Below are positions 61,304 to 64,000 of a stretch of DNA of 64,000 nt, one piece after another. Source of the stretch: Chiloscyllium plagiosum (lineage: Eukaryota); NCBI RefSeq assembly GCF_004010195.1, contig NC_057718.1:73841931-73905930 (forward strand), given 5' to 3'. Numbering within the stretch: position 1 is the stretch's first letter; each line of letters opens with the position of its first letter. Below the pieces are notes generated by a model. It was not told the origin of the DNA. It did no database searches and worked only from the letters and a program-made list of their open reading frames with translations. Both the position numbers and the translations under genes were made by a program.

Positions 61304-61440
61304 ATGTTGTCAATTCGGCGGGCGGTTCAGAATCTGGGTTTGAGACTCAGATTTCACCTGTTCCGGGATATCGGACGCCAGTATCCGGTCTTCTGCTTCA
61401 TTATGTTGCTGCTCACTCTTTCCACCCTGCTGTTTAACAG
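61304..61440 (+). CDS. SNX14: Sorting nexin 14, first coding exon (gene continues beyond window)
   Basis: MLSIRRAVQNLGLRLRFHLFRDIGRQYPVFCFIMLLLTLSTLLFN(R)|gtaaac resembles the recalled human N-terminus (...[33 protein letters not shown]), including the first TM helix; SYNCRIP-SNX14 synteny; too short for the ORF track. Confidence 0.9.
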
Positions 61441-61705
61441 GTAAACAAAAAGCCGGAGTGCTGAGTGGATTAGAGGGAGGGTAGTCTGACGATCTCACTG
61501 AGGGAGAAGGTGAGGGATGGGCAAGAAGAAAGTAGGAAGGAAGAGTAGAAATGTTACTACTCGCCATCACCACCAGCGCTCGGTGTACCGTCAATAAGAA
61601 GCATTGCAGTAACTCGTCAAGGCGCTTTGGACAGTACCTTCCAAATTCACATCCACCACCATCTGGAAGGACAAGTAAAGCAGATGTATTGGGTATGTTG
61701 TGTTC

Positions 61706-63775
61706 TAGGGGAAAGTGAGGACTGCAGATGCTGGAGATTAGAGTCTAGAGTGTGGTGCTGGAAAAGCACATCTGGTCAGGCAGCATCTGAGGAGCAGGAG
61801 AGTGGCCATTTCGCCCATAAGCCCTTCATCAAGAAGGAGGGAGTGGCCCGAGGGAGGGGGGGGGGAGGTGGTTGGGCTGGGGGAGTGAAGGTAGCTGGGA
61901 CTGCAATAGGTAGATGAAGATGTGGGTGAAAAGTGATACAAACGAGGATGGAGCAGATAGGTGGGAAGGCAGATGGACATCTCTTTGACTATGACTATAA
62001 CAGTAAGAGGACGGTTTCAAGTTGGAAGGTTGGATCAGGGTTAAGGTGGGGGGAGGGGAAACTGGTGAAATCCACATTCATCCTGTGTGGATGGAGGGTC
62101 CCAGGTGGAAGATGAGGCATTTTTCCTTGAGGTGTCGGATGGCTAGAGTTTGGAGAAGATGTGCTGGAAGGCATTGCTGACCATGAGGGAGGGGAAATTG
62201 TGGTCGTTGAAGAAGGAGGTCAACTGGAATGTTCTTTGGTGGAATTGGTCCTCCTGAGAGCAGATGTGGCAGAGGTGGAGAAATTGGAAATAAGGGATAG
62301 CATTTTGACAGGAGGCAGGGTGGGAGGAGGTGTAGTCCAAGTAACTGTGGGAGTCGGTGGGTTTGTAGTAGATGTTTGTGTTAAGTCGGTTGCTGGAAAT
62401 GGAGACAGAGAGGTCCAGGAAAGGGAGGGAAGTGTCAGAGATGGCTCAGGTGAACTTGAGGTTTGGGTAGAAGGTGTTTGTGAAGTTGAACTGTTCAACC
62501 ACGTGGGAGCATGAGGTGGCACCGATAGTCACCGATGTAGTGGATGAAAAGGTGGGGAATGGTGCCTGCGTAGCTGCGGACGATGGACTGTTCCATGTAC
62601 CTGACGAAGCGGCAGACATAGCTGGGGCCCATGCGGGTGCCCATGGCTACCTCTTTGCCTGAAGGAAGTGGGAGGATTTGAATGAGAAATTGTTAGGGGT
62701 GAGGACCACTTCAGCCAATCAAATGAGTGTGTCAGTGGAAGGGTACTGGTTGGGTTTGTGAGAGAGGAAGAAACGGAAGGCTTGGAGGCCTTTGTCACGG
62801 TGGATGGATGTGTACAGGGACTGGATGTCCATGGTGAAGATGAGGTTTTGGGGGCTGGGGAAAGTCATGGAGGAGGTGGAGGGTGTGGGTGGTGTCCCAA
62901 ATGTATCTGGGGAGTTCCTGGACCAAAGAGAACAGGACAGTGTCGATGTATGCAGAAGTAAGTTGGGTGGGGCAGGAGATGGCTGAGACGATGGATCGAC
63001 TGAAGCAGAGCTGAAAATGTGTAGCTGGAAAAGTGCAGCAGGTCAGGTAGCATCCAAGGAGCAGGAGAATCGACATTTCGGGCATGAGCCCTTCTTCAGG
63101 GCTCGTGCCCGAAATGTCGATTCTCCTGCTCCTTGGATGCTGCCTGACCTGTGCTTTTCCAGCAACACATTTTCAGCTCTGATCTCCAGCATCTGCAGTC
63201 CTCACTTTCTCCTAGATCGACTGAAGCAATCAGGTTTGTGAATGTTGGTAGGAGGTAGAACTGGGTGGTGCGGGGTTCCTGGATTATGAGGTTGGAGGCT
63301 GTTCTGGGAGATCCCTTGAGGTGACGAAGTTGTGGATGGTCTGAGAAATTATGGTTTGGTGATGGGAGGTGAGGGGACAGTAGGAAGTTGGTGCCTAGCT
63401 TCAGTGGTGTTGAGGTTGGTGCGCCAAACCACCACTGCACCCCCCCCCCCGGTCTGCTGAATTGATGGAGTTTGGGGTTGGAGCGGAGGGCTGTGTGTTG
63501 CCATGGTGAGAGGTTGGAGTGGGTGAGAGAAGTTGAGGTGGTCAATGTCATGGTGGTAGTTGGAAATGAAGAGATCGAGGGTGGGTAACAGACCAACATG
63601 GGGTGTCCAGGTAGATGCGGTGTGTTGGAGGCGGAAGAGGGAGTCCTTGGAGGGTGGGTGGGAGTCTTGATGGAAAAAGTCTGCATGGAGGTGGAGGCGA
63701 CGGAAGAAAAGTTCAGTGTCGAACGTGTGTTGAATTCATTGATCCAGGATCTGCTGGGAAGTGTGGCAGCATGGT
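61706..63775 (-). mobile_element. Penelope-like element (family A) with degenerate RT and terminal repeat, in SNX14 intron 1
   Basis: - strand TMDIQSLYTSI, AMGTRMGPSY, degenerate YxDD (YIGD), DYTSSHPASCQNAIP..QFL; terminus ggggaaagtgaggactgcagatgctggag at 61708. Confidence 0.85.
63008..63214. mobile_element. Short palindromic PLE-terminal element (family A) inserted into PLE RT
   Basis: Near-perfect inverted arms around fused hammerhead halves; perfect 14-bp direct repeat gatcgactgaagca (62994-63007, 63215-63228). Confidence 0.85.
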
Positions 63776-63778
63776 TAA

Positions 63779-64000
63779 TGTTAGGTTCTTTTTCTTGAGA
63801 TTCTTACACCCTTGATGCAACTTCTGTGAACAACCAAAATTTTATTAAGCAAGTACAAGCTTTCCAGAGGAACCCTTAATACACTTTGCAGAGCTTTCTG
63901 AGCCGTGTCAAAGATTTTTCTGAATAAAAGAAACAGTCCTTCCTTTATACAGTACAAGAGTTTCCCACTGCAGTCAGTAACGCCCACAAGACGACCCAGC
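63779..64000. mobile_element. Probable LTR, same family as 4920-5534 (runs off window)
   Basis: Starts tgttag and is colinear with 4920-5160. Confidence 0.5.

Overview
Repeat-rich vertebrate genomic DNA, almost certainly from a cartilaginous fish (HE1/V-SINE-type SINEs, HER1/CR1-type LINEs; probably a carpet shark, but the species cannot be fixed from sequence alone). The + strand carries a complete SYNCRIP (hnRNP Q) gene: CpG-rich promoter and non-coding exon 1 near 24.1-24.3 kb, then ten coding exons from 25240 to 46168 that splice to 1872 nt (623 aa + stop). An alternative terminal exon at 48014 has a NAGNAG acceptor and is readable in two frames, and is followed by a long 3' UTR with two let-7 8-mer sites. 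Downstream, in conserved synteny, lie the promoter (built on a ~10-copy GC-box minisatellite) and first coding exon (61304-61440) of SNX14. The rest is mostly decayed mobile elements: a Gmr1-like Gypsy LTR retrotransposon, CR1, L2-like and Rex/Babar LINEs, HE1 SINEs, Tc1/mariner-type MITEs and many Penelope-like element (PLE) pieces. The most unusual signal is about a dozen minimal type-I hammerhead-ribozyme-like motifs in three PLE terminal families, several inside short self-complementary insertions flanked by 9-15 bp target-site duplications. Repeat boundaries are approximate. Comparisons to human proteins rely on recalled sequences and no search was run.
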